Shown here in pieces: positions 12,648-27,289 of a DNA stretch of 64,000 nucleotides. Position 1 is the stretch's first letter; each line of letters starts with the position of its first letter. Source of the DNA: Macrostomum lignano. Its lineage: Eukaryota. Made by a program: the position numbers and the translations under genes. The stretch is from assembly GCA_002269645.1 (NCBI GenBank), contig NIVC01001497.1, forward strand, positions 214,766 to 278,765. The letters run 5' to 3'. Under the pieces are notes generated by a model, which was given only the letters and a program-made list of their open reading frames with translations, was not told the DNA's origin and searched no databases.

Positions 12648-15085
12648 ATGGCTGACAGTGACGCGCGTAAGTGGCTGCTCTGCTTCTTTTGCGTACACAT
12701 TTCTGTCATAGTTTTCTTCTTTCAGTTCTTTTCAGTTCGTTCATTTCTAACTAATTTCTTTTGCTGCTAGTGATGATTGTGATGATACTTTTTTACATTA
12801 ACGAACTTCAACGAACCACGGTCAACTTGTCATAGAGTTACGAAACAACACCTCCTATTCAACACAGAACTGAAGGCAGTATTCTCTTATTTTGATCGGG
12901 ACGGCACTGGCAAGCTGGATGTTAACGAGATTCAAGAGGTGCTTAACGCACTCGGACAGTGCATGACGCCAGACGAAATCAAGGAAATTATGCAGAAGGA
13001 GGACATTAATTGTAAGCTGAATTTATCAACTAATTTAGCACGATTTTGTCTGCCTTATAAACAATAAATTAAAAACCCACAGCTGACGGAGCAATGGACA
13101 TCAAGGAGTTCATTTCGTTCTTCAAAAAATATGGCAAAGAAGCTAATAAAATAAGTCGGGAGATTCGCGACGCCTTCAAGGTAACGCTTTTATTCTTCTG
13201 TCAAATTGCTTAATAAAACGTGCCCATTGGCACGTTGGCAGCAAGTTTCAAAATAATCGAATTTTAAGGACGTCAAGATACGAGTATCAGCGATTCTTTC
13301 CGAAAATCTGGACTTTCAAATACGCGATCTTTTTAATTTTTCGAGTTTAAAAAATTTAAACCAACGGTTTCCCGATCGTGCAAGTTGTCAATCATAGTAC
13401 GCTCGTTTTTTTCTCTTTATCATTAGATTAACCGCCCTTCGTAACTTTTATGAAAAAAGCTTGATATTTTGTCTTGAAGACATTGGACAAAGTGCTTTGA
13501 ATTCCGTATGCCTTGAAATATGCTAGTACTTTATACAGCCGTTCTATTGATAGTCTTAATTCTATTAATCCACGTCTCACTACAGAAATTCGACAAGCAA
13601 GGTCGCGGCTACCTGACCCAGGCCGACTTGGAGAAGATTCTGACCCAGACTGGCGCATTTCCATTCAGCAAGGAGGAGGCCGAGATGTGCTTTAAAGCAT
13701 TCGACACCAACAAGGACGGCAAGATGGACTACGAAGGTAATAAATAATACGGATCGAACTTATGTTGTCAAACTAGGAAGGGTCTTCAGATAGTTTAAGA
13801 TATTTCAAGTCCTTAGTATAACAAGAGTTATACCCCTCTAGTGGTGTCCCTCCGGTGTTAAACCCGTCTAGTGGTATGTCCCTCCAGCATTATACCCATC
13901 TAGTGGTATGTCCCTCCAGCATTATACCCATCTAGTGGTATGTCCCTCCAGCATTATACCCATCTAGTGGTATGTCCCTCCAGCATTATACCCATCTAGT
14001 GGTATGTCCCTCCAGCATTATACCCATCTAGTGGTATGTCCCTCCAGCATTACACCCATCTAGTGGTATGTCCCTCCAGCATTATACCCATCTAGTGGTA
14101 TGTCCCTCCAGCATTATACCCATCTAGTGGTATGTCCCTCCAGCATTATACCCATCTAGTGGTATGTCCCTCCAGCATTATACCCATCTAGTGGTATGTC
14201 CCTCCAGCATTATACCCATCTAGTGGTATGTCCCTCCAGCATTATACCCATCTAGTGGTATGTCCCTCCAGCATTATACCCATCTAGTGGTATGTCCCTC
14301 CAGCATTATACCCATCTAGTGGTATGTCCCTCCAGCATTATACCCATCTAGCGGTATGTCCCTCCAGCATTATACCCATCTAGTGGTGTGTACCTCCAGC
14401 ATTATACCCATCTAGTGGTGTGTACCTCCGGTGTTATACCCCTCTAGTGGTGTGTCCCTCCGGTGTTATACCCCTCCAGTGTTATGCCCCTCCAGCATTA
14501 TACCCCTCTAGTGGTATGTCCCTCCGGTGTTAAACCCCTCTAGTGGTATGTACCTCCGGTGTTATATCCCTCTAGTGGTATGTCCCTCTGGTGTTATACC
14601 CATCTAGTGGTATGTCCCTCCGGTGTTATACCCCTCTAGTGGTATGTACCTCCGGTGTTATACCCCTCTAGTGGTATGTCCCTCTGGTGTTACACCCCTC
14701 TAGTGGTATGTCCCTCCGGTGTTATACCCCTCTAGTGGTATGTACCTCCGGTGTTAAACCCCTCTAGTGGTATGTCCCTCTGGTGTTATACCCTCTAGTG
14801 GTATGTCCCTCCGGTGTTATACCCCTCTAGTGGTATGTCCCTCCGGTGTTATACCCCTCTAGTGGTATGTACCTCCAGTGTTATGCCCCTCCAGTGTTAT
14901 ACTCATTCAGTGTTATACCCCAGCAGTGATATATCCTCCAGTTTTTCAGTGAGTAATGCTTTTTTAAAGAAATTCTAATAATTCTTTATACCCACAACCC
15001 AAACTATATTGTTGCAGAGTTTGCCAACTTCCTGTGTGCCATCTGCCCGAGCTTTGACGATCTGGAGAAGCTGAACAATAAGTGA
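12648..15085 (+). CDS. Calmodulin-like four-EF-hand protein; 5 exons, 159 aa
   Basis: Exons 12648-12666, 12868-13011, 13083-13180, 13586-13736, 15018-15085. Loops DRDGTGKLDVNE, DINSDGAMDIKE, DKQGRGYLTQAD, DTNKDGKMDYEE. Too divergent to be calmodulin itself. Confidence 0.88.
13830..14940. repeat. 32-bp minisatellite CCTCCAGCATTATACCCATCTAGTGGTATGTC (EF-hand gene intron 4)
   Basis: Direct reading. Confidence 0.95.
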
Positions 15086-15587
15086 AAAAGCGTGAATTCA
15101 ATGACAGTAGAAATGAACCTATCAGTAACAGCCACGCCAGTTCAAAACTATTTTGACCTATACCATGCTAATCCAACACGTTTGCCTAAAAAAAGACCCT
15201 ACCTAAACATTGGCTAATTTGCTTCTGTTAAAACATTTAAAATAAATAGATAAACAACAAAAGTAATAAAAACGCATTGTGACTACTGTTAGTAGTGCAA
15301 AATTCAAGATTTACTTTCTTTCAATTAACCACGCAAAAGGAAGAGCAACACTACAGGCAACAATGGGTTTGGTTACTTCACATGGCAATGACTAATAAAC
15401 GTCAGGCTGCTATAAAAACTACTCAGCACCAAGTTAGTACTGTTTAGTAGATAGAAGAGTTAATATAAAGCAATAAAATTCTAACAACCGGATTTAACAG
15501 ATTTGCGACTGCAGATAAATTTGAAACGGGTCATGATTAGCAAGAAAAAATGCGTTATTACACACACACACACACACAGAGAGAGAA

Positions 15588-17488
<1,901 letters not shown>

Positions 17489-17934
17489 GCACACAGAGGG
17501 GACACACTCACACAGACACAATCAATCTAGCACAGACTGATGAATTCAATTGGACTAAATTAAATTAATAAATTGCACTTTAATAAAATATTCTGCGGTA
17601 AGCAGGCTGGGGAAACAGCGATTCAGTGGTTAAAAAGTATATAAATGGTATTGGTGAATTACTTGTGCTTCACAGCAAGCAAGTGCAAGTAAATCTGATT
17701 TAATTGAGGCATGCAGCATAGGATCATGACAAAACCGGATGGTGAAGGGGTTACAAGTTCACTTCGCTATTGCTGATCTTGAGCTCACTGAGAATATGAA
17801 AAGAAGACAACCTAATATCGAGAATATGGATGACTACATCTCCGAGACCTTTACATCATAAATTATCTCATGCTCTCTCTCTCTCTCTAGATGACTAAAG
17901 GATCACGGAACCTCGAGATAATTCCACGATGTTC

Positions 17935-18255
17935 AGATCATCTCTTGATCTTTTCTAACTACTGCAGATCTTTAGATCATCTCTTGATCTAGTCTAACAA
18001 TTGCAGATCTTTAGATTATCTCTAGATCTAGTCTAACAATTGCAGATCTTTAGATCATCTCTAGATCTAGTCTAACAATTGCAGATCTTTAGATTATCTC
18101 TAGATCTAGTCAAACAATTGCAGATCTTTAGATTATCTCTAGATCTAGTCTAACAATTGCAGATCTTTAGATTATCTCTAGATCTAGTCTAACAATTGCA
18201 GATCTTTAGATTATCTCTAGATCTAATCTAACAAAGCCAGAGATCTTCAGATCAA
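17935..18255. repeat. 39-bp minisatellite CTAGATCTAGTCTAACAATTGCAGATCTTTAGATTATCT
   Basis: Direct reading; 3' of ALG3. Confidence 0.9.
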
Positions 18256-18395
18256 CTTTAAAATCTATTCTCAAGATTAAAACAACACGGATAGCTTATA
18301 CTAAGCCTGTAATATCATTATACAGTACAGTAGCTACTAACCAACAATACACCGAAACAATGCCAATAAAGTTAACAAAACTACTAACAAATCAA

Positions 18396-19742
18396 TCAAT
18401 CAGTTTTGACAGCAGCTGGTCGCAGCAGGCGCAGCATTAGCAACACTATCATGACAGCGTGACAGCAGTGCAACAGGCCGCTACTAAAGCTAGTTGACGG
18501 ATAGGTGTTCCAGCACAGCTCTATACAGCCTAGCAACAGTAGCTGAGGAGCGGCGGGCAGCCTGCACCGCCAGACCAGATAGTGCAAACTGTGAAAATAC
18601 CAAACGTAGAACTGATAATGCAGCGATCTGGCACAGACAACGCCGATAAAGTTACTAACAAACAGCACGCAGGCAATGTCTTCAACTGTTGGCAAAACTG
18701 TCTCTCCTCGCTGTTTCTCAGCCGCTTGTAGAGGATGGAAACGAATTAATCGACTAATAGAGAGCCGGCGAGTTCTGGCGTAGGCCAATAGAAAGACCAA
18801 CAGCAGGGTCAGATGGACAGTCAGCAGGCCAGCGTGGAACAGCCGATTATGAAAGACAGCCTCGGGCAGGAAGCGCCAGTTCACCGTCCATTTAAACAGG
18901 AATTGTCTGGAGAATTCGAAAGCCCGGCCAAGGTAGGCGGACGTGCTGTAGGTGAGAAACGGGGCGCCTAGCAACAGTTGGATTAGGGCGCAGACAGACA
19001 GCTGGCCGGCCACCTCCCAGACGTGATGACGCATGAGCAGCAGCAGAAGAAGACCCGGCGCGTACAGCAGGATGTTCATCTTAACGGACACGGCCAAGCT
19101 GTACAGCACACAGCCAACGGACCAGCGATCGTATAGGAAGCAGAGCAGAGCGGCGTGAAAGAATAGCATAGCAACTGGATCGTTGAATAGACGCAACAGG
19201 TGGATAGAATGCACTCGATAGGATAGGCAGCACATGAACACTAACAGGTAGGGCGGTACCCGGCCAATACGGCGGTAAATTAGCAGAACAATAGCAGTAT
19301 TGGTCAGGTAGATAGCAGCGAATGCGCACTGAGCAATGAGTATCTGACTGCCCCGATCTGTCAAATAGTACAGAGCCGAATAAAAGTACACGAATCCGGC
19401 CGGATACACGAGAGGCCCGGTGTCGCCGCTAAGCAGACGATAGTCTCTAGTACCATTTAGGAAGCCTTCAACTTCTTGCATATAGGCTCGCCAATCGATT
19501 TCTGTGTACGGCACGCGCCAGACGATCAGGGCGCAGACAAGAATTTCGGCTAGTAGCAGCGGCACCGCAACCAAACCGGTTGCGCCCGGTTCCGTTAGCA
19601 GATAGCGCGCCCATTCTACTGGGGTACGCGAGGCCAGCTTTTGTCGGCAAGAATTTATTAGAGAGCGAAGGCTGCCGCTAGCAGACGAGGAAGCTGACGC
19701 CGCCGATTTCGGCTTGGCTGGTCGACGGGGCGGCGGAGCCAT
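18396..19742 (-). CDS. ALG3: Dol-P-Man:Man5GlcNAc2-PP-Dol alpha-1,3-mannosyltransferase; single exon, 448 aa
   Basis: VPYTEIDWRAYMQEVEGFLNGTRDY..L.GDTGPLVYPAGF, RVHSIHLLRLFND, SVKMNILL, FEFSRQFLFKWTVNWRF, ARSLHYQFYVWY. ATG at 19742 is preceded by a pyrimidine-rich AG. Confidence 0.97.
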   Translation of the reverse strand: MAPPPRRPAKPKSAASASSSASGSLRSLINSCRQKLASRTPVEWARYLLTEPGATGLVAVPLLLAEILVCALIVWRVPYTEIDWRAYMQEVEGFLNGTRDYRLLSGDTGPLVYPAGFVYFYSALYYLTDRGSQILIAQCAFAAIYLTNTAIVLLIYRRIGRVPPYLLVFMCCLSYRVHSIHLLRLFNDPVAMLFFHAALLCFLYDRWSVGCVLYSLAVSVKMNILLYAPGLLLLLLMRHHVWEVAGQLSVCALIQLLLGAPFLTYSTSAYLGRAFEFSRQFLFKWTVNWRFLPEAVFHNRLFHAGLLTVHLTLLLVFLLAYARTRRLSISRLIRFHPLQAAEKQRGETVLPTVEDIACVLFVSNFIGVVCARSLHYQFYVWYFHSLHYLVWRCRLPAAPQLLLLGCIELCWNTYPSTSFSSGLLHCCHAVMIVLLMLRLLRPAAVKTD

Positions 19743-19839
19743 CGGATGCGGCTGGAAGATGGGTGAAGTGAGGCTGCGATTAATAAGCGTCATCACGATT
19801 GTAAGAGACAATTTAAAGTGATTCCGGAGACAATCTGGG

Positions 19840-20362
19840 GCGATTCTAAGAGGCAACTCAAGTCGATTCTAAGAGGCAACTCAAGGCGATTCTAAGAGGC
19901 AGCTCAAGGCGATTCTAAGAGGCAGCTCAAGTAGATTCTAAGAGGCAACTCAAGGCGATTCTAAGAGGCAACTCAAGGCGATTCTAAGAGGCAACTCAAG
20001 GCGATTCTAAGAGGCAACTCAAGTAGATTCTAAGAGGCAACTCAAGTCGATTCTAAGAGGCAACTCAAGTCGATTCTAAGAGGCAACTCAAGTCGATTCT
20101 AAGAGGCAACTCAAGGCGATTCTAAGAGGCAACTCAAGGCGATTCTAAGAGGCAATTCAAGGCGATTCTAAGAGGCAACTCAAGTCGATTCTAAGAGGCA
20201 ACTCAAGTCGATTCTAAGAGGCAACTCAAGGCGATTCTAAGAGGCAATTCAAGGCGATTCTAAGCGGCAACTGAAGGCGGTTCTAAGAGGCAACTCAAGG
20301 CGGTTCTAAGAGGCAGTTTAAGGCGATTTTAAGAGGCAGTTTAAGGCGATTTTAAGAGGCAA
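19840..20362. repeat. 23-bp minisatellite GATTCTAAGAGGCAACTCAAGGC
   Basis: Direct reading; between MORN3 and ALG3. Confidence 0.95.
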
Positions 20363-20932
20363 TTTTAAGGGAAATCTTTAAACTTAAGAAAAACGAATTG
20401 CAAAACTAATCACTAAAATTATTCAAATTAAAATATAGAAAAACAAAGGCACGTAACAGATTTATTCTGAAACTACACAAATAAGAAATTAAATAAGGAA
20501 AAACATATAAAAGGCACGGTAAGATAAATAAATAGAAAAATAAATATTTCCACACCATAGTCCCTAATATTTTAGTAAGAATAGGCCAGAGACAAGTTAT
20601 TAAGTTAGTTAATTCAGGCAGTTATAAAAATTTACATAGATACGGGTAAAATCGGGTCCCAGTGTGTTATCACAGATATTGATAGATCTCAAAAAACATT
20701 AAAGGACGTTACAGAAAAACCAAAACTTATTAAAAAAGAATAAATTTCAATCGGCGATTAAAACGGCGTTGGAATATATGGACGGATTTGGTGGTAAAAA
20801 AGTACACGCGTACATGTACACAGCAGATACGGGGATCAGTAGGTAACAGTACATAAAGCAAGTCTCTACATTATCGAACCAGTAGTGTACTTTAAGAGTG
20901 CATCAGCTATGCTATCCAGTACAGTTGAATAA

Positions 20933-22733
20933 TCAATCGTCCTCTGGGCAGAATGTCTCAGCGGCATCTTCCAGAACCTTCTGCGGATCGGCCAGCTTAA
21001 TCTGATAATGATGACGATGGGGTATAATAAGGGATTTAGAAGTTCGTGAACAGACGGTGTAGTACGTTTTGTAATACATTAAGAGCCCTAGTAAGTCTCA
21101 TTACGAAAATAAGGCTTCTTAAGCAGCATCTCTGAACTAGGATTATTATCCCAACCCAGTACCAACTCTGCATTGGGATTATAACCCATCTGGCACCTAC
21201 CTTGTACTGGGATTATTATCCCCCCAGCACCTACTTTGTATTGGGATTATTATCCCACCCAACACCTATTTTGTATTGGGATTATTATCCCACCCAACAC
21301 CTACTTTGTATTGGGATTATTATCCGACCCAACACCTATTTTGTATTGGGAATATTATCCCACCCAACACCTACTTTGTATTGGGATTATTATCCGACCC
21401 AACACCTATTTTGTATTGGGAATATTATCCCACCCAACACCTATTTTGTATTGGGATTATTATCCCACCCAACACCTACTTTGTATTGGGATTATTATTC
21501 CACCCAACACCTACTTTGTATTGGGATTATTATCCCACCCAACACCTACTTTGTATTGGGATTATTATCCCACCCAACACCTATTTTGTATTGGGATTAT
21601 TATCCCACCCAACACCTACTTTGTATTGGGATTATTATCCGACCCAACACCTATTTTGTATTGGGAATATTATCCCACCCAACACCTACTTTGTATTGGG
21701 ATTATTATCCGACCCAACACCTATTTTGTATTGGGAATATTATCCCACCCAACACCTATTTTGTATTGGGATTATTATCCCACCCAACACCTACTTTGTA
21801 TTGGGATTATTATTCCACCCAACACCTACTTTGTATTGGGATTATTATCCCACCCAACACCTACTTTGTATTGGGATTATTATCCCACCCAACACCTACT
21901 TTGTATTGGGATTATTATCCGTTTATTTGTAAAGGTAAAAATATCACGTGCAAGGCTACCTTTGCGTTGGGATAACAATGTCCCACCAATGCCTACTAGA
22001 GCAATGGGATAGTTTCGCAGTATCTAGAAAGCCCATCATCATCAGCTGCACTCACCTCAGAGATGGGATACTGAGTAGGATTAGCCGCCTCCTCCCGCCC
22101 GAAGTCGCTCATAGCTCCGCACTTGGCCACGTCGTCCTTCCAGACGCCCTCATAGATCTGGCCAGTGCTCAGATAATAAAACTTGCCCGGCCCGTTCTTT
22201 TTATCGTCGCGCCATTCGCCTTCGTAGCGGTTCTCGTTCGGCAACCGCAGCATGCCCTGGCCGCAGCGCTGGTCGTTAAGCCATTCGCCTTCGTACACGG
22301 ACCCGTCTGCGTAGTACATCCGGCCCCAGCCGCTGCGCTTATCGGCGTAAAATTCGCCCTCGTAATATTCGTTCTCGCCGTACCAATTCTCGCCGTAGCC
22401 GTGCCGCTTGTCGGCCTTCCAGCCACCAGAGTACTGCTTCTTATAGCCGGCACCATTGGGGAGTGGCACGCTGTACACGCCGAATCCGCAGCGACGACCG
22501 TCACGCCAGTCGCCTTCGTACATGGCGCCTGTGCCTTTCCACACCTGGGTGCCGCGGCCTTGCTTCTTATTGGCCTCCCATTCGCCAGTGTATTCGTCGC
22601 CTCGAACCGAATAGATTGTATTGCGTAATCCGGCTTTGTCAGCCTTTCTATCCCATTCTTTCCACAGCGGCTCGGATTGAATATCGCGCCTATGCGGCAT
22701 GCCTTGACGATTATTTCTGCTGCTGTTGGCCAT
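20933..22733 (-). CDS. MORN3: MORN repeat-containing protein 3; 2 exons
   Basis: Exons 22056-22733 (start may instead be the ATG at 22700, MPHRR) and 20933-21001 (IKLADPQKVLE..). LWKEWDRKA, GRGTQVWK..GAMYEGDW, RSGWGRMYY..G..YEGEW, AKCGAMSDFGREEA..PTQYPI match recalled MORN3. Confidence 0.95.
21135..21920. repeat. 35-bp minisatellite TTGTATTGGGATTATTATCCCACCCAACACCTACT (MORN3 intron)
   Basis: Direct reading. Confidence 0.95.
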
Positions 22734-22848
22734 GCAGTGTAGATAAATATAGTGTTTGAGTTTTGCTTCACTACTACTTAATAGTAGCATTTATTGGATA
22801 TTGTTCAAGGATGTTGCAAAGTACAATGTTGATGATTGTAGAAGACCT

Positions 22849-23205
22849 GAGAAGGGCTGCTAGCAACGTGAGAAGGGCTGCTAGCAACGTGAGAAGGGCT
22901 GCTAGCAACGTGAGAAGGGCTGCTAGCAACGTGAGAAGGGCTGCTAGCAACGTGAGAAGGGCTGCTAGCAACGTGAGAAGGGCTGCTAGCAACGTGAGAA
23001 GGGCTGCTAGCAACGTGAGAAGGGCTGCTAGCAACGTGAGAAGGGCTGCTAGCAACGTGAGAAGGGCTGCTAGCAACGTGAGAAGGGCTGCTAGCAACGT
23101 GAGAAGGGCTGCTAGCAACGTGAGAAGGGCTGCTAGCAACGTGAGAAGGGCTGCTAGCAACGTGAGAAGGGCTGCTAGCAACGTGAGAAGGGCTGCTAGC
23201 AAAGT
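22849..23205. repeat. 17 x 21-bp near-perfect array GAGAAGGGCTGCTAGCAACGT
   Basis: 357 bp = 17 units; only the last unit differs. Confidence 0.97.
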
Positions 23206-23664
23206 TTAAAAGCAATTTTTTAAAAGAATAAAATACAAGCAAAGCTAGGCACAGTCAATAAAGTCGTTCGACAATAATTTTTATTGAAATGGCACATTAC
23301 AATTAAAAAATGAACAAATGTACTTTTTTACAGAACATGGCATATACGGTCGTAGTACTTAACACTTAGATAAGAGCCCATTGAAAGTGAGACTATTGGT
23401 AATATTATAAATTACTTTGAGTTTATTGTCTGCACGATAAGCAGTCTTCAAATTTTCACTGATGTAGAGCCGCAGGTTGCGTAGGGTAAAGAATTCAATT
23501 TATACCAGTCAGGTTTATCAAACCTTTTAAGGTATACAAAATGCTAAAAATAACGGATGAAGTTAATGAAGCTGAATACACTTTGAATGCCAACACTTAA
23601 TAAGCAATGTAATAAAATATTACTAGTAGTGACCTAGAGGCCCAGAATTTGTTTCGTATCTCAT

Positions 23665-24420
23665 AGCAAACCGGAAGTGACTTTAAATCTCTCGAAACTG
23701 ATCAATTGTTACTAACCGGAAGTGATTTTAAATCTCTCAAAAACTGATCAATTGTTACTAACCGGAAGTGACTTTAAATCTCTCAAAAATTGATCAATTG
23801 TTACTAACCGGAAGTGACTTTAAATCTCTCAAAAATTGATCAATTGTTACTAACCGGAAGTGACTTTAAATCTCTCAAAAACTGATCAATTGTTACTAAC
23901 CGGAAGTGATTTTAAATCTCTCAAAAATTGATCAATTGTTACTAACCGGAAGTGACTTTAAATCTCTCAAAAATTGATCAATTGTTACTAACCGAAAGTG
24001 ATTTTAAATCTCTCAAAAATTGATCAATTGTTACTAACCGGAAGTGACTTTAAATCTCTCAAAAACTGATCAATTGTTACTAACAGGAAGTGATTTTAAA
24101 TCTCTCAGAAACTGATCAATTGTTACTAACCGGAAGTGATTTTAAATCTCTCAAAAACTGATCAATTGTTACTAAACGGAAGTGATTTTAAATCTCTCAA
24201 AAACTGATCAATTGTTACTAACCGAAAGTGATTTTAAATCTCTCAAAAACTGATCAATTGTTACTAACCGGAAGTGATTTTAAATCTCTCAAAAACTGAT
24301 CAATTGTTACTAACCGGAAGTGACTTTAGATGTCTCAAAACTGATTAATCGCTACCAACCGGAAGTGACTTTAAATCTTTCAAAACCGATTAGTTGTTAC
24401 AAACCGGAAGTGACTTCAAA
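23665..24420. repeat. 46-bp minisatellite containing ACCGGAAGTG
   Basis: Period 46 (23761 to 23807); ~17 units. Confidence 0.95.
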
Positions 24421-24589
24421 TACAATATATAAAAAAACTGATGGCTCATTAACTAACCGGAAAGTAAACGGTATCTAGCCTAAAAAACGAAGGTTTTTTT
24501 AATAACCGGAAGTGGCATTAGAATTTGAATAACTGATGAGTAACAGAAAGTGGCATAATCGGATCCCATAAAATCCACAGATTAAAGTC

Positions 24590-27289
24590 TTAATCCCACA
24601 GTCTAATAGTGCCGTCCCAACCGGAAGTGACAACTTTGCTAGTCTCGTACGGCAGCCAGGCAGATGACACGCACGGTCCGTCGTGTGCCTTCCACCTGGT
24701 GACAATGCGCTGCTTCTTCCAATCCCAGATAAACAATTTGCCGTCTCCGTCGCCAGACATTAGAAATTTCATATCGGGCGAGAAATCGATTGAGCAGGCA
24801 TAGCCGGCGGCCATGTGGCCTTTGAAGCATTTCTTCTTCATTTGTTTCATGCCTTTGTGCACGTTGAACACGACAATCTGATTGTCTAGCGATTGGCACA
24901 CCAGCCATTTGCCGTTCGGGCTCAGCGTAACAGCCGGCATGGAGTGCATGGACGGGTCGCTGACATTGTTGTAATCAACCGGGATGTCCCATTCCCACAT
25001 GCGCAGGCTCTTATCGTCCGAGGTGGATACGAATCGTTTATTATCGTCAATAAACGTGATGGTATTCACTGAGCCAAGGTGCCTGTCGTATTCTTGAGTC
25101 ACCTCGCCGGTTCGAGTGTCCATGCAGATGATCTTTTTATTATTGCAGCCGGCTAGGAAAAAGTTGGCCTTATCCGGGTCCGGGTTGAACTTGACGCAGT
25201 AGGGCACGTGACCGAGGTCCCAGCGGTCCACGCACTTGCCCGTCTCCGTGTCCCACAGCTTCACGTAGCGATCGTAGGAGGCCGACAGAAATTGGCTGCC
25301 GTCGTGACTGCAAGCGGGGAGATGGAGTTTGTTTGATATAATATAATCCTAGCTATACTGATGCTTATTTCGGGACACTAGCGACACTGTTTCGGGGAAA
25401 TAGCGACACTGTTTCGGGGAAATAGCAAAACTGTTTCGGGGTAATAGAGACACTGTTTCGGGGAAATAGCAAAACTGTTTCGGGGTAATAGAGACACTGT
25501 TTCGGGGTAATAGCGACACTGTTTCGGGGAAATAGCGACACTGTTTCGGGGAAATAGCAAAACTGTTTCGGGGAAATAGCGACACTGTTTTGGGGAAATA
25601 GCAAAACTGTTTCGGGGAAATAGCGACACTGTTTCGGGGAAATAGCAAAACTGTTTCGGGGTAATAGCGACACTGTTTCGGGGAAATAGCGACACTGTTT
25701 CGGGGAAATAGCGACACTGTTTCGGGGTAATAGCGACACTGTTTCGGGACACTAGCGACACTGTTTCGGGGTAATAGCGACACTGTTTCGGGGAAATAGC
25801 GACACTGTTTCGGGGAAATAGCGACACTGTTTCGGGGAAATAGCGACACTGTTTCGGGGAAATAGCGACACTGTTTCGGGGAAATAGCGACACTGTTTCG
25901 GGGTAATAGCGACACTGTTTCGGGGTAATAGCGACACTGTTTCGGGGTAATAGCGACACTGTTTCGGGGTAATAGCGACAGTGTTTCGGGGAAATAGCGA
26001 CACTGTTTCGGGGAAATAGCGACACTGTTTCGGGGAAATAGCGACACTGTTTCGGGGAAATAGCGACACTGCTTCGGGGAAATAGCGACACTGTTTTCAG
26101 GTTATAGCGACACTTTCGGGACACTAGCGACACTGCTTTGTGAGACTATCAAGGCATTTAATTAAATTGTGCTTCATGCATACTCGTAAGTTGGCCTAAG
26201 GGGGCGGGGTTTCATGTAGGATTATCCTTTATCAGGCAACAAATTTTTGATAATTTTTGCTACAAAAATAATGCAACACAAAACCCACCTGAAGCAGGCA
26301 TCCCGAACTGCCTGCCGATGTCCGGAATAGGTGCGCAATAGCCGGCGCTCCTTGTACAGTTCGAACAGCTTGAGCTTGGAGTCCATGCCGGCCGATAGCA
26401 GCAGGTGGCCAGTGCGCGGGAACAGGCGGATAGCAGCCACGCCGCGATCATGCGCTTTAACCCATTCATGCAGCTGCCGTTTCGGTAGGAAGCACTTCCG
26501 GGGCCCCTCGTCTGACCGGAAATTAACGCCGGCATCGCGCGGCGGCTCCAGCAAGCTTCGGCCCTGATAGTCGGCCATAGCCGGCACGTGCATAGTGGTC
26601 TTCTCCTCCACCGGGGTCTCCTCCGGCCGGCGCTTGTTCTTGGCCTTCTTAGCCAGGTACTCCTGCATGTACTCGCGATCCTCCTCTGGCGGCGCCGCTA
26701 CCAACGCTTCGTCAACGAATTTACCCCACGGCCCCAGATAGCCTTCAATATCGGCCGGATCATTGTTAGTCCGCCGTTTCCGATTGTCGCCCGGCCGCTT
26801 CTTGACGCCTTCAAAGACTGTGACTGCGCCGCTGGCGGCGCCTCTGGCCGTGTTGCCAACCATAGAGTCGGCGTCGATGCTGGGATCTGCGGCGTAGCCG
26901 TAACTATGAAAAGTTCGACGCTGCGTCTCGAAATGAAAATCGTTCATGTGGCTGGGCTCAACAAAGCCGGTTAGGGTGTTTTTTGGCGCGGTCGACTTGC
27001 CGGGCACCTGCGGCCCGAGCACAGGAGCGAACAGCTCGTCAGCCTTGGGATTGTAGGCCAGCTCCTTGCACGTGGGATCTAGTGCCGGTCGGGAATCCCT
27101 AGTGGCCTGTTCGATTCCGCTAACGTCGGGCGTGAGATCGAGCTTGGGCACTAGCGAGCTGTGCGTCACTGGCCGGGTTGATAGAGACGGCTGTGATGGT
27201 TGCTGCTGCAGCGGCTGAGCCTGGGGCGCAGAATCCGGTTCGCCTTCGTCAGAGGAAGCCTCATAGGAGACTAATGATGCGGCTGCCAT
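24590..27289 (-). CDS. CDC40: Pre-mRNA-processing factor 17 (WD40); 2 exons, 572 aa
   Basis: Exons 26289-27289 and 24590-25307 (phase 2, FS|HDGSQFLSASYDRYVKLWDTETG). FETQRRTFHSYGYA.DPS, GYLGPW, EYDRHLGSVNTITF, WEWDIPVD, MHSMPAVT, FKGHMAAGYAC, CGWDG-like WD end. Confidence 0.97.
25368..26136. repeat. 22-bp minisatellite CTGTTTCGGGGAAATAGCGACA (CDC40 intron)
   Basis: Direct reading. Confidence 0.95.

Noticed and set aside
19743-19856. Longer ALG3 N-terminus from the upstream TTG
   Set aside because: Runs into the 23-bp array and crosses a strong splice acceptor.
21202-23242. ORFs over the 35-bp and 21-bp arrays
   Set aside because: Translations of tandem units in several frames; one array lies in the MORN3 intron.
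25349-26133. PRNSVAISPKQ-repeat ORFs
   Set aside because: 22-bp array inside the CDC40 intron, which is bounded by good GT-AG sites.
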